A stretch of 64,000 nucleotides of DNA from the human T2T-CHM13v2.0 reference genome, Homo sapiens. Shown in pieces: positions 14,749-27,428 of this stretch; the stretch's first letter is position 1, and each line of letters opens with the position of its first letter. The stretch lies in the NCBI RefSeq assembly GCF_009914755.1, contig NC_060938.1. One strand, 5' to 3'. The notes below the pieces were generated by a model that was not told where the DNA came from, ran no database searches, and was given only the letters and a program-made list of their open reading frames with translations. Made by a program: the position numbers and the translations under genes.

Positions 14749-15935
14749 AGGATGGCAGCCTATGCTCATATATCTGCCAAAATTTTTGAGGGCACTGAAA
14801 AGAAATATACAAAATTAACAATCTAATATTTTCAACCTGCAGCTATAATCAAAACACAGATAATGCTTTAGATGAGCCTAAATTTTGTAACTTTCCCTAC
14901 CATCTTATACTCACCACCAAGAATAGACAAAATTGTTTATCACTTGTTTTAAGATAATGCAATTTTACTCTGGGGTGCCATGTCATTTCTACAGATCATC
15001 AACCAAAGTTCTAGTGTAGTTCACTCCCCAGTGCTCTTCAAAGCTATATAATATGGTATGGAAACTAGTTCAGACCTTGCTAGCCTCATAACTGCTACTG
15101 AAGAGAAGATCTCTAAGAAGCATCAGCCCAGAGGGCTGCTCAAAGGAATTCAAGAATGTGGCTGAAGCTAAATTTCCTTGGGGACTTAAAAAGTTGCTGT
15201 TATTTGAGCTGGCACATAGCCAGCTTTGTTGTGCTCTGCAGCAAGTAGCTTTGCATAGGGTTAAGAAAGTCAAATTCCTCAAACAGAGGAGGACCCAGGT
15301 ACCCAGTGAGTCAAGACTATGTCACACACAAACACAGACATATACAGTCTGGAAACCCTGCATTCCTGTAGCACAGTATGTCTCCACCTCAAAAGCATGG
15401 TGCTCTTTTGTTTTGTTCTCTTTCTTTCCTTTTCAGCTAAATGGGTTTTGACAGTGATGAGAGCCATGTGGGTGGTTGTCCTTCAGGTTTTGTCAATTGT
15501 ATAAAACTGACTTGCCATCGTTCACCTTCTTCTAAATTTGCACTTTTCACTATAGGCATGATGTATGTCAAACCTCATTACAATGAAAACCTTTGAAAGA
15601 TAGACATTTTCATACCTCTTAACTATGATTATGAGTTTTTTTTTATTTAGGCAATACACAATACAATAGATTTTCCTTTTAACAAAAGTGTCTGGAAAAT
15701 CCTTGGGAGTTAATCTGAAAGAAATTGGTAACTATAAGTAAGGACAAATAATTTTAGAAGAAACCAAGTCTTGTCATTGACATAGCACTTATTTTCTCAA
15801 TATTATCCCAGAAGTTCTGCTTATCATTTACTGATTTACGTGGAGAAACAACATATGGGAATGTTTCCATGTGAACCTCAATTTGCTTTCTATACCATCT
15901 CCTGGTTCCATCTCTTATTTAAACAAGTTATTTTA

Positions 15936-16617
15936 CTTGGATAAACTGCTTGTTATTCTTGTTTTGTTTTGTTTTTACATGAAACGGATAGATTGTCTCT
16001 TAATTTCTTTGTCTAATGGGACCCAAATTAATAACACATTCTTCTGAACTTGAAGATATCTATAGTGTCAAGAGCATGAGACCAAATTGGCCAACTGACT
16101 CCCTCGTGTAAAATGAGGCAGTTGGCCTTTCTGTTCACTATACCCTAAAATCTCTGATCCCCTAAAATTGCTGATACTCCTCTAAGAGGATCAAATATTC
16201 ACATTTTCCAATATATTTCATGAGTTTTTTCTATAAGGTCCAAACTATTCCATTTAATTCTGTTTAAACCAATTGATTTGTTGACTTAGTTAACAAATAC
16301 ATATTGAGCATTTGTATGTTCCAGGCATTTTGCTAGATGCTGCCCTTAAGAAGTTCATAGTCTATAATTTTACATATTTTATATCTGATACATATTTATG
16401 TTTTTAAAAGCTCCATATACTCTCATGTAGCAATTTCTCCATTTTGTTTATGTGTGTTAGTGTAGACATGCCCAACTAGGTCTAACACCCTTGAAACTAC
16501 AGATATCTTCAAGTTCAAAAGAAAGTTTTATCAATTTTAGACCTATTAGACAAAGAGATTAAGAGACTGTTTCATATAAAAACAAATAAATCAATAATAA
16601 AAAATAATTTATCCAAG
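15936..16617. repeat. Long inverted repeat, arms 15936-16093 and 16469-16617, spacer 375 bp
   Basis: Core 15995-16093 aligns without gaps to the reverse complement of 16469-16567 at about 81/99 identity; the match extends outward to cttggataaa / tttatccaag. Confidence 0.93.
16275..16365 (-). mobile_element. L2 3' fragment in the spacer of the inverted repeat
   Basis: aacaaatacatattgagcatttgtatgttccaggcattttgctagatgctg. Confidence 0.7.
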
Positions 16618-17241
16618 CACATTAAGGGAATACTATAGCTATTTTTATCACATTTTTCAGGTAAGGTAGAAATCAGTAATTTAAGTGCCTGATTGTGAGT
16701 GAAGATGGGTGGAATGAAATCCAAATGAGATTGGAGAAACATATTTTCCTGCAAATTCTTTCTCACTAATTCTTAACCGTATTTGCCTGGAAGTGCTATG
16801 TCACAAATCTTTAACCATTACCAATCATTACTTAAATTTGTACAGAAATCTAGTATAAAGTTAGATCAATCAGGCAAATAAATTCAGATTTCATTTCTGA
16901 TTATATTTTTATCAAATTCGAATAGGCTTCAAACTCCATTAGCTAGATTTACAATTTCTAATCCAATTCCTGTAAGACCCTATAAAATGACCTATGAGTT
17001 ACCGGTATTTCTAAGTATGCTAGAATATTATATTATCATTGCTTTCTATCCTGTATCTTAGAAAACACAAAGCTATTCATAGGCATAGACATTTTAACTA
17101 CATCAGATTTAAGAAACACTAGACACATCACCATGCCTCTGAATATCTCCCCAACTGACAGAAAATCATCTTCTGAATTTCTCTATTAAAGATGCCTTTC
17201 TTGGGGCTCAGATGCACAGTCATCAAGAATGGCCTGATTAC

Positions 17242-17425
17242 AATAACGATAGCTATTCATTCAGTGTCTAGGCTGTTATAGATATTGTGATTTCCCTGTA
17301 TGTATCTAAAACATCCTTATAAAGTATTATCTCATTTTCTTCTAAGATAAAGGAAGTGAAATGAGGGTGGTCACCTAGATGGGATGCAGTGGAGCCAGCA
17401 TTTAAACCCTATGCTCTTTCACTAT
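17242..17425 (-). mobile_element. MIR SINE, degraded
   Basis: gtggagccagcatttaaaccc...tgctctttcactat. Confidence 0.55.
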
Positions 17426-17682
17426 GACATCTTGGGTCACTCTATTCAGCCATCATCAGCTTTCAGTAGTCCATTGTAGAATATTTTACTAGATTATTCT
17501 TCAAGATGTTTGAAAATAATGCCAGAAATATTTTTAATAGTAGAAAAAAAAACCCAAGTGATGCATCTGGGAAATGGGGCATTTCTCAAGGTGATAATAA
17601 CTGAGCTTGGTTCTCTAAATAAAGTTATTAGCTAGAAAAAGACACACAACACAAGACTACAAGATTTGGAGAAAACAAATAC

Positions 17683-17767
17683 AATAATAATAGCTAGCAT
17701 TCACTGAAAACTTACCATGTGCATCCACTGTCCTAAATGCTACCCATATCTTAACTCATTTAAGCCT
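17683..17767 (-). mobile_element. MIR 3' fragment
   Basis: aataataatagctagcattcactga...taactcatttaa. Confidence 0.7.
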
Positions 17768-17981
17768 TTAAGATCAGAGAAATATACCAAATTTGGAGAA
17801 ATCTCAGGGAAACAAGTAGACAAGAAAATAAGAACATTCCAAGCAAACTCTTCCTACTTCAGGGACACTCCTTTGCCTAGACAGATACCTTGAAAAGTGA
17901 CCCTGTAACTATCTGGACACATCACACTCTTCTAACCAAGAACCTACAACCTTAAATAAAGTATATTACCTATATAAGAAG

Positions 17982-18254
17982 CAGAGACAAATCCAGGTTT
18001 GCTGGGCTTAACAGTTATGCAATTTGGGAGTCCCCTCACTAAGAAAAAGAGTACAAAATTGTGGATGCAAAAGTGCTTGTGAAAATACACTGTGTTCATA
18101 ACTGATTGCTAGTATTTTATGTTTTTTTAATTTTACAAGAACATATGATCACATCAATGCACCTCAAGAGCTCTTGTTGAGACTTGGAAGGGGCCCAAGC
18201 AAGTGAGGAGTCTAAAGCTTGAGTTTCATTTACTTCACAGTATATCTGCTTCTG
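17982..18254. mobile_element. hAT-Tip100 DNA transposon (ORSL-like)
   Basis: About 273 bp; CAG...CTG degenerate TIRs; 8-bp TSD ataagaag/acaacaag; taagaaaaagagtacaaaatt and ggggcccaagcaagtgagg motifs. Confidence 0.6.
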
Positions 18255-19859
18255 ACAACAAGCAAGACTGAAGTTAATCCATTTAGCATGATGATGAAAA
18301 TGAAGTCATCAATGAAGTTGCAAGCTTAGGATATCCTTCACATTAACCACCAGTAGCCCAACTATTTAACTAAAGGAACTTTGTAATATCTGGACTCAGA
18401 AACTGAGATAAATGCCATAACCAATCATCCAACCGGAGACTGAGGTACATGTAATCAGGTTCAAAAGTGACTCTAAAGGTACTTGCCTGGCAGCATGACA
18501 AAGTGGCATATTATTACACTCCTTAAACACTTTGTGAGAAGCAGCAATCACGTCTCCCTCCTAAATGTATCCAAACACATCAGAGCATTAGACAAACAAC
18601 TCTAGACATTTACCACATTTCCATTCTTGTATATTGACCCAAGGGATAGGGAGGGACAAGGCTTGGTGAGGCAGAGAGCATCCTGTTACACATAACCCAC
18701 CCAAAAGTACAGAATTCATTTCTTGAATTGCTATGATACCCTGGGCCCCTTTGTTTCTCAATAATAGATGGACTCATGTTTCCTTCCACCTTATAAAAAT
18801 TCCCTTAGAAGGAATTTAAATGCAGTCTGTGAGCATTAAAACATTCTTTACTGGGACCACCCATTCATAATGCTACCCTAGAAAAGATAAAGAAAAATGA
18901 AATCTAGATATAAGAACCAAAGGGATCAGGTGAACAGGATCTTAATCACTTCCACAGAGAATAAGCTAGTGAAATGAACTAGCATGGTTTTCCCTTCAAA
19001 AGCAATCCTGAAATGAAAGAAAAATGTCTTATGTTGGGTGAAACATACATTTTTAGATGGTAGACACAAACTGAATTATTTGCACCCTTAGATTTTTTGA
19101 AGGCCAGAGAGATCAAACATTTCCCTGCTGTTTGTTTGATTTGGTCTGAGGTGAAGCCAAGAGATGTGGTGATGGAAGCTTGGAAAAACAATTAAAAAGA
19201 AATGTATGCAGTGGTTTTTCTGGGATCCTAATTAACTGGCCCATTTCTAGGTAACATTAGGGAAGTTGTGGGCTGTGATTATTATCTCTTTAAAGTCCTA
19301 ATTAAAATGTCAAACTGTAAGGTAGAAAGTCTTCAAAGCTGCATGTAATTTGATTGTGTTGGCTTATTGGAAAAATGGCCTTGGAAATACAAATAAACCA
19401 GCCACTAAAAAGATCCCAGAAGTCCAGGCTTTTTTCCAGAAGTATAATCTGTTGAACCAATAGCATTTTATAACTAACCACTCACCAAGTGGTAGACATC
19501 CAAATGTCAAAGCCTGTTTCATAACATGGTAACACATAACATGCTGCAGAAGAATGCCTCTCCATTGCATATTTCGGTTTGAAAAGGGTGTTTGGGGTTA
19601 GTTCACCTACAAATGCTTATGTGCTTATCACCCAGACTTAAATGTTCTTACTTGGTGAGCTTCAGAAGTTGCCGGCACCCTACCCACTTTCCAAATTAGT
19701 CTGCTAGAGTTTTGTAGCTCTAAAAGAATCCCTGCATACTGTGGCAGACTTCTGTTATTCTGAAGTATCAAAATCTCAGCAGAATGAATTCCCTATCACA
19801 TCTGCGCATGGGTATTAGAGAAGCTGCCCCTCACTTATAAAACTCAGGCAGATATGACA

Positions 19860-20403
19860 CGTTGAGATGTTAGTAAGAAAAAAAAGCCAATCAAAAACTG
19901 GCTTAAACAACAAAGACACTGGTTGTCACATAGCAAGTACAGCAGTGAATACAATATCTCAACGACATCAAATGACCTACTTTCTTTCGATTTTTCCACA
20001 TTGCCATTCTCAGACAGTCAGCTGCTCCTCTCATCATCACACTGTGGTTACATCAGTTCTACGCATCGTCTCCTCATAACCATTTTGAAAGGGAGGAAAA
20101 CAGGAATGTTGCCTCCCATGCATGTCCTTTTATCCTTTCCTAGAAACCCTTCAGCACACTTGCCACCACACTTCATTCTCCATAGTTGTATCATATGCCC
20201 ATGCCTAAACCAATCATGTTCTTTCAATGGCAATTACTGTGACTAGAGAGCTAATCAAGACTCATCTCCACTCCCACAGCTAAGGAGGGATTCAGTCTCC
20301 CCTGATGTACATGCATGTCATACTGATATTGAAAAACAAATTATAAGTGTATTTGCAAGAAAAAAATGGAAGAAACGCTGGGTAGGACACCAACATTGCC
20401 CAC
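19860..20403 (-). mobile_element. Old MLT1 (J/K/L-like) MaLR LTR
   Basis: aaactggcttaaacaacaaag, catatgcccatgcctaaaccaatca and ctgggtaggacaccaaca motifs. Confidence 0.7.
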
Positions 20404-20584
20404 CCCAGTAAGTGGTACATCTACTGCATCACTGTCAGTAGGTTCCAGGCGTGGGCAGATTTGTATTGACATGTTGATCACAGTCTCTCTTCTATCTCCA
20501 CTCATGGCAACATGTTTATAAAATACCTAGTCAAGGCCTTTGGCCATGAATAAAAGAAAAAATTATTTCCACCTTGAAATTCCT

Positions 20585-20900
20585 CTATTCATTCACTTGT
20601 TTATTCACAAATATAGATTGAGCAGGCCCTGTACTCGACATAACAAGAACAAGCAAGACATGATCCGTAATAGGAGTCAGCTTATAGTCCAGTGGAGAGA
20701 ATACATAAAGGCAAATGAGCAGTGTCATATCCCCTTTGATGGGGAATGTACAGTACTCTAAAGTACTTTAATAGTAAAGTATCATAAATGCTTTGATAGC
20801 AAAAGTCCTGGGGAATATAGATGCACATAGATGTACTTTATCCAGTTTCCTAGATGAAGAGATCACTGAGGTAAGAAACGAAGATACAAAGGTGAGTTGT
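20585..20900 (-). mobile_element. L2 3' fragment
   Basis: attcattcacttgtttattcacaaata...agcttatagtccagtggagaga. Confidence 0.65.
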
Positions 20901-21008
20901 AAGTAGAAAGACTTAAAAGGAGACTAAAGGAACCCTCCAACCTTGGTGCTTCTCTAATTAACTTCGACTAATTTAGCTAACTTCTCAAGAATACCTATAC
21001 TGCTAAAA

Positions 21009-21890
21009 CAGCGATTCTTAAATTGGAGTACATGAATGTAATTCAGAAGATGAGTAAACTTAAAGAATAAAAAAAATACATCCTTGTTTTATTAACGCAA
21101 CTGAAATTTAAGATTTTTTTTTCAATAATAAAAATATTGGCAAATAATCAATCTGTACTACAGGGTCCCAGACTTAGGATTTTACTTATACCGGACTTGT
21201 GATTTTTCAACTTTACAATGGTGCAAAAGCAATTTGCATTCAGTAGAAACTATACTTCAGATTTTGAATTTTGGTTTTTTCCCCCAGGCTAGCAATACAT
21301 AGTATGATACTCTGTCACGATTTTGAGCAGCGGTAGCGAGCCTCAGATTCCAGTTGGCCACATGACCATAAGGGTAACCAACTGATACTCTACCATGTAC
21401 TATGTTCCCAGATGATTTTGCCCAACTGTAGGCTAAGGTAAATATTCACAGCATGTTTAAGGTAGGCTACACTAAGCTATGATGTTCTGTAGTCTGTCGC
21501 ATTAAATGCATCTTAAACTTAAGATATTCAAATTATTATGGGTTTATTGGGATATAACTCCATCGTAAGTCAAGGAGCATTTGTATTATCATTACCCATG
21601 ACTTTATCAACAATAGAAATCATAGATATTTCATATTAAATTATAGTTGGTGCAGACATGTCAAAAAATATTCAAATGTATTTCCCTTATAAGACTTACC
21701 ACTAGATATTGTTCTTTAAACCATTAATGTAAATAACATGCTTTTTAAAACATTTGGTTACTGTATTCCAATATAATTGGTTTCATATTTTATTTTCTAT
21801 TTCTATATATTTTATTTAATTTTATTTTATGCATCTAAAGCAATAGTCAGAGAAGGGGTTGATAGATCTCAGCAGACTGATAGGGATGCA
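21009..21890 (+). mobile_element. MER113 hAT-Charlie DNA transposon, split by MER47
   Basis: aaatacatccttgttttattaac...ctgaaattta, resuming at caatagaaatcatagatattttcatatt...aatataattggtttc...gagaaggggtt. Confidence 0.8.
21161..21583 (-). mobile_element. MER47 (MER47B-like) Tigger DNA transposon
   Basis: TA flanks; TIR ccatcgtaagtcaaggagcatttg; agatgattttgcccaactgtaggctaa core. Confidence 0.9.
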
Positions 21891-21997
21891 TTTTTCCCTC
21901 AGATCAGACATGAGGGATTTGGAAAAGGTATAAATTTACTTTTGTTATAATTAACCTGCCCAATTAAATTTTGTGTTTGATTTTTAGCACTGTTAGC

Positions 21998-22361
21998 TGA
22001 CGTGGTTTGGCAGTGTCCCCACCCAAATCTCATCTTGAATTGTAGCTCCCATAATTCCCATATGTTGTGTGAGGGGCCTGGTGGGAGGTAATTGAATCCT
22101 GGGAGCAGGTCTTCCCCATGGTGTTCTCTTGATAGTGAATAAGTCTCATGAGTTCTGATGGTTTTTTAAAGGGGAGTTCCCCCACATAAGCTCTCTTGCC
22201 TGCCACCATGTAAGATGTGCCTTTGCTTCTCCTTTGCCTTCTGCCATGATTGTGAGGCCTCCTCATCCATGTGGAACTGTGAGTTCATTAAACCTCTTCC
22301 TTTTATAAATTATTCAGTCTTGGGTCTGTCTTTATTAGCAGCATGAAAATGAACTAATACC
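21998..22361 (+). mobile_element. THE1 (THE1B/C) MaLR solo LTR
   Basis: tg...gtgtccccacccaaatctcatcttgaattgtagctcccataattccc...gaactaatac; TSD ttagc/ttatc. Confidence 0.95.
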
Positions 22362-22726
22362 TTATCCCTGTGGAAATAAAATATTCTTTTAGGGAAGCAG
22401 TAGAAGCTCTCTGAGTCTATGAGTTTGTCATTTTCTTTTTATAAGAGATTCAGTGCTATCAGAAAACCCATTCCACACCAAAGTTCTTATAATCATTGTT
22501 ACTGCCATAATGGTCAAGTTCAGCAGCTTCTTAGGCAGTTGTCTCAGCAGGCACTTCATCACAATCACTAATAGTGGTAATTTGATTGAATGAATTGCTA
22601 CTACATGCCATAGATTACTAGTATATAATTTCAGCATTGTGTTCAAACCCAAGAACATGAAGAAACCAATTTTGAAATCCCATTTTGGAGTGTCTGTTAC
22701 CTGAGATCACTTGTGGAATCAATTTC

Positions 22727-23651
22727 TGTATCAGTCAGGGTCCAAGCAGGAGACAGAAACTATATCAGTTATTTGAACTGAAGGAATTTAATATTTAACA
22801 AATTAGTTCAGTATAAACTTGTTAACTAACACGGCAAGAATAGAACACTGAGTTATTGTTCAGTAAACTTTGAAACAAAGTACTGTTAGCAAATATTTTA
22901 CTATATTATTGATAGTAAATATTTTCAGCTTTGCAGTCATGTGATGTCAAGTACTGAAAAAGGTCTGCAAAAATATCTCAAGCACTGATCTTAAGTTTTA
23001 CAACAGTGATGTTATCCCTAGAAGCAATCTGGGGAGGTTCAGAATCTTGCAGCCTCTGGCTACATGACTCCTAAACTGTAATAATCTTGTGGCAAATTTG
23101 TTAGTCCTATAAAGACAATATAGTCCCCAGGCAGGAAATGGGTTTGTTTTGGGAAAGGGCTATTATCTTTACTTCAAAGGTAAACTATAAACGAAGTTCC
23201 TCCCAAAATAAGTTTGGTCCACCATCAATGAACAAGGACAGCATGGAAGTTAGAAGCAAGACGGAGTCAGTTAGGTCAGGTATCTTTCACTGTAATACTT
23301 GACTCAGTTATAATTTTTGCAAAGGCAGTTTCAGGATAACCCAACTCTGCAAGGGTTGAAAAAACGAAAACAACAAATGACTTCAGCTGTTGTTATGGGA
23401 AGGTATTGCTGCTGCAAATGTGAAGTATTGCACAGTGGGAAGACCATGAAAAACAAACAGGAAGAAGAAAATTCCTTCTCCCTTTTCCAGCCTTGCCATC
23501 TTCCTGTAGTGTCCCCTTTTGGTAGAACCTAGCAGGGGCTAGCTGGCCATGCTGAAATGTAGTTTACAAAGTCCTAGCCCCAGCATCACAACATGGAGTT
23601 TAGAGAGGTTGGCTTGGAGCTGAGAAACAACAGCTTTATAGCTGGCAAACA
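22727..23651 (-). mobile_element. Old LTR (LTR78-like), split by LTR8
   Basis: tgtatcagtcagggtcca...gagacagaaac at the left; gctgaaatgtagtttacaaagtcctagccccagcatcaca...ggagctgagaaacaac at the right. Confidence 0.6.
22958..23333 (-). mobile_element. LTR8 (LTR8A/B-like) ERV1 LTR, 3'-truncated
   Basis: Reverse complement begins tgaaactgcctttgcaaaaattataactgag and continues gactccgtcttgcttctaac. Confidence 0.88.
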
Positions 23652-24751
23652 AGTGGTTCAGGCACTTCACTAAGCTACCAAAGGATACTTAGTGAATAAA
23701 AACAAGTCAAGAATGAACTTGCTCAACTTTTTCATGAACTCTGATTACTGAATAACCCCATTAAATAGTCTTCATGAACTGTTCACTTCAGTATAGTTCA
23801 TTTTTGACAGACCTATGTCCTAAAAGAGAATTGCAAGTATAGTCTCCTTTCTTACCAGTTTAAAAGAAAGTAACTATAACTACTCAGTAAAAGCAATGGT
23901 CCCGTTTGGGCCACTTTTGAAAGAGAAAAGGCCAGCAAGTCTGAGGCAGGTTCTCCTAGTATTATTATTATCACTTCTGGGCATACACAGATGGTTCCAT
24001 AATCTCTTCAAAGTCTCCCGGGAAATTAAAAGGAATACTAAATTAATTTAGCATTTTAAATAAAATAGTAATGTTTTTTAATGAAGTGCTTCATTGCTTT
24101 GGGTGGCAGAAATGGACTTGAGATGGAAGAGATGATAATTAGTAAGCTCTTTTATTTATGGAACCTGGCCCCTCGTCAGAAGGACCACACATTCTTTGCC
24201 CTTGGATGATCTCCACTATTAATAATTACAGGGATTCTGAGAAATAAAAGAAAATACAGCACACTCCAGGTTAACATGCCATAGTTGGAGGGCTCATCAA
24301 ATATTCCAAGTTCCAGTTTCCCTAGGATGTTTGCACCAAACAACACAGTGGGCCACATAATATCCGGAATTTTTCTTTCCTGTTCCTGGCATTCTTAGCC
24401 TTTGAAAAGCAAAGACACAAAAACCTTTGTGAAACTATATTACCTTGTTTAGAAACTGTCTGACTAGTGCCATTCAATTCCTGATCATTTCCCTATACAT
24501 TGCATGGTTGTGACATTTTATCTTATTCAATATGGCTTCCTCTGTCAACAAGCATGTACTATGGGTTACTGCTTGGTGCCCAGTGGCTACCATTGTCAAA
24601 ATGATTACAATATGGTTAGGAAAGCAGAATGGAAATATATGAAATACTGGATTTAACAGAATGTTATATGAGATCAATTCTTTCTCAGAATCCTACTTAA
24701 TAGACTTATTCCTGGAATGAGAGACTAGACTATATCACTCCAAAAGCTGAC

Positions 24752-25281
24752 TATCGGTGACCTAAATATGCTATTCCAAAACAGGGCTCTCAAAATATTT
24801 TGTGCTAATTATTTTGAGAAACTTATTTTGAGAAGCTCTGAAAACAGAGTAGAAGTTTCCCTTTTGAAAAGAAATGTATATCTATAAAGGAAATCTCCAT
24901 GTGTAAGGGTGTCTCTCTCGCTGTACCAAGAAGAGAAGGATGACTTTAAATTATGAGAAACTAATGTCAACAGAGAAGGCACCAACAAAAATCTGTGTAA
25001 CAAACCTTACCCTTGTTCACCAAGCTTTTCCTGATCATCTCATTACAGCGTCCCCCAATATCCTCCTTTGTTTCAGTTGAAGATGGTATTTCAGCCCGAA
25101 CTCAAAGCCACCTCTTTAAGATTGACTTATTTTCCCTGAGTATCACCCATGTATAAATGAGGTATACACTCTAACAACCTTCTATAGGCTTTTTCCTTGT
25201 TAATCTATCTTTTGTTACAGGATCTCATTCCAACTAAGAACTCAGAAGGGTAGAGAGAAAATTATATTTGTCTTCCCCACA
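24752..25281 (+). mobile_element. MER34-family ERV1 solo LTR
   Basis: gacctaaatatgctattccaaaa start; gttaatctatcttttgttacag...agaagggtagag...ttccccaca end; flanks ctgac/ctaac. Confidence 0.8.
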
Positions 25282-25562
25282 CTAACAAACAGAAAAAGAA
25301 AAATAAGCAGTCACAAGCTGAAGTATGTAGCCCAAGGTTTCCAGTTAAAAATAGAATGTATAATCTGTCACCGGAATAATTTTTTAATATTTTTTAAAAT
25401 TGACTTTTTAAAAATAGAATTTAGACTGGGCCTTGAAGAATAAGTAGAATCTAATTCAAGGGAAGTGGGGCTAAGAAAACAGCTGAGCAAAAGCACAGAA
25501 GCAAAACTAAAAATTCCGACCTAGGTGGGGCAAGGTCTAAAGATTTGATAAAAGAACTGTTA

Positions 25563-25890
25563 AACTGGTCACGGTGGCTCATGCCTGTAATCCCAGCACT
25601 TAGGGAGGCCGAGACAGGTGAATCACAAGGTCAGGAGATCGAGACCATTCTGGACAACATGGAGAAACCCTGTCTCTACTAAAAATACAAAAATTAGCTG
25701 GGCATGGTGCTGCATGCTTTTAATCCCAGATATTTGGGAGGCTGAGGCAGGAGAATCACTTGAACACGGGAGGCAGTGGTTGCAGTGCCACTGCACTCCA
25801 GCCTGGGTGACAGAATGAGACTCTGTCTCAAAAATAAAAATAAAAATAAAAATAAAATAAATAAATAATAAAAACAAAAAAATAAAAAAA
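25563..25890 (+). mobile_element. Alu (AluSc-like) with ~13-bp internal deletion and (AAAAT)n tail
   Basis: gatcgagaccattctgg diagnostic; TSD aaaagaactgtta / aaaaaaactgtta. Confidence 0.95.
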
Positions 25891-25892
25891 AC

Positions 25893-26638
25893 TGTTAGCG
25901 GCAGAATATACCTGAGACATGGCACTAAAGTATGTTACCAGCAACGAATCTGTGTGGGTCTGTGGCAACCTCAATTCTTGCCTCCTCAGAAGAAACAATT
26001 CAACTGAGGGGCATAAGACAGAAGGAGAGACTGAGGCAAGTTTTTACAGAAGGAGTGAAAGTTTATCAAAAAGCTTTCGAGCAGGAATGCAAGGAAGTGA
26101 AGTACACTTGGAAGAGGGCCAAGCAGGTGACTTGAGAGAGTCAAGGGCACTGTTTGACCTTTTAACTTGGGGTTTTATATGTTGGCATACTTTTGGGGTC
26201 TGGCATCCCTTCTCCCCTGATTCTTCCCCTGGGGTGGGCTGTCTGCATGTGCAGTGGCCTGCCAGCACTTGGGAGGTAAGCATGTGCAGTGTGTTTACTG
26301 TAGTTGTACACAGGCTCACTTGAGGTATTCTTCCCTTACCTGTCGAATGTCCCTCCAAGTTCATATACCAGTTAAACTCCACCATGTTTCCTCTTAATGT
26401 GCGTGCTTGGGCCCACTCACCCACCTCCTGAGATCTTATCAGGAAGCTACTGATCACCAGTTTCAGGTGTTTCTATTGGGAGATGGCCCTTCCCTGGCAC
26501 CAGCTGTTACCAATTATTATTTTAGAGAGACACATGACAACTGCCTGACCATCACCTGATGGTTGCCTTACATCCCTGGTGGGGTGTGGGGAGCCCTCTT
26601 CTGCCCTGTTCATGCCTCATTAGCTACCCACTGTAACA
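25893..26638 (-). mobile_element. MER50 ERV1 solo LTR
   Basis: TG...CA termini; ctcaattcttgcctcctcagaag and ctgaccatcacctgatgg motifs; 4-bp TSD gaac. Confidence 0.88.
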
Positions 26639-26694
26639 GAACTGTATGAAATAATGTTCATAACAATTCATGAAAGAGTTTGAAGAATTATTTA

Positions 26695-27428
26695 TGTAGG
26701 GGCAAAAGGAATTCTTCATCCCGCTCTGAAGGTTCCAGGCTGCTGAAATGAATCAACTGGCAGATTTACAGGAGAAAAGGCATACACATTTATTAATATG
26801 TGTAAGCACAGAAGCCACACAAAATGAGACTCAAAGAAGGGACAGATCGTTGAGTCTTAAAGACTCAAAGAAGGGACAGATCGTTGAGTCTTCATAGTGG
26901 AGAGGGAAATGGGGGATGTAGACAATTGTGAGGAGTATTTAATGATTTTCAGGGGAAATGAATGGGCTCCAAAAGAAGACAATAGTTTGTAAATGATTCC
27001 CTTAGGAACCTTAATGGAACCTACAAATTACAGAATGAGGAGGGACAGAACTGCATTGTTGTTGCAGGACAAAGGTTGTCCTACCATACCGATAAAGTCT
27101 CTTGGTTAATCTCTTAGAACTGCCTTCAGAAGAATAGATGAAAAGTCTGTCTGGGCATGGTGATGACTAGTTAATCTTTCCTGGATTTTTAATGAGATTC
27201 TTAAGGAGGGTATTTAAGACAATTGCATTTCTTTTGGATAAAATTTCCCCCATCAGATAAGGAAATTCCAGGGAGAGAGCCCCTCCCTGCATTAGGCAGG
27301 GAGAGGAACAAGAGGTTAGAAGTCCATGGTTCTGAGGCAGCTTCTAAGGTCTTTCAATTTCTTTTAATTCAAAGTGTTCTGCAGGCCAAAGCACCATACT
27401 TTTGGATATCATTTGCTGAATCCCAATG
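26695..27428 (-). mobile_element. MER4-group ERV1 solo LTR (LTR48/LTR49/MER72-like; family uncertain)
   Basis: tgtaggggcaaaagg...caggagaaaaggcatac at the left; ccaaagcaccatactttggatatcatttgctgaatccca at the right. Confidence 0.7.
26827..26892. repeat. Perfect 32-bp tandem duplication (period 34)
   Basis: agactcaaagaagggacagatcgttgagtctt at 26827-26858 and 26861-26892. Confidence 0.98.

Noticed and set aside
25919-26457. Overlapping 134-aa and 137-aa ORFs
   Set aside because: Entirely within the MER50 LTR; no protein homology evident
26827-26892. CRISPR-like palindromic 32-bp direct repeats
   Set aside because: Only two copies with a 2-nt gap, no spacers, no cas genes, primate DNA
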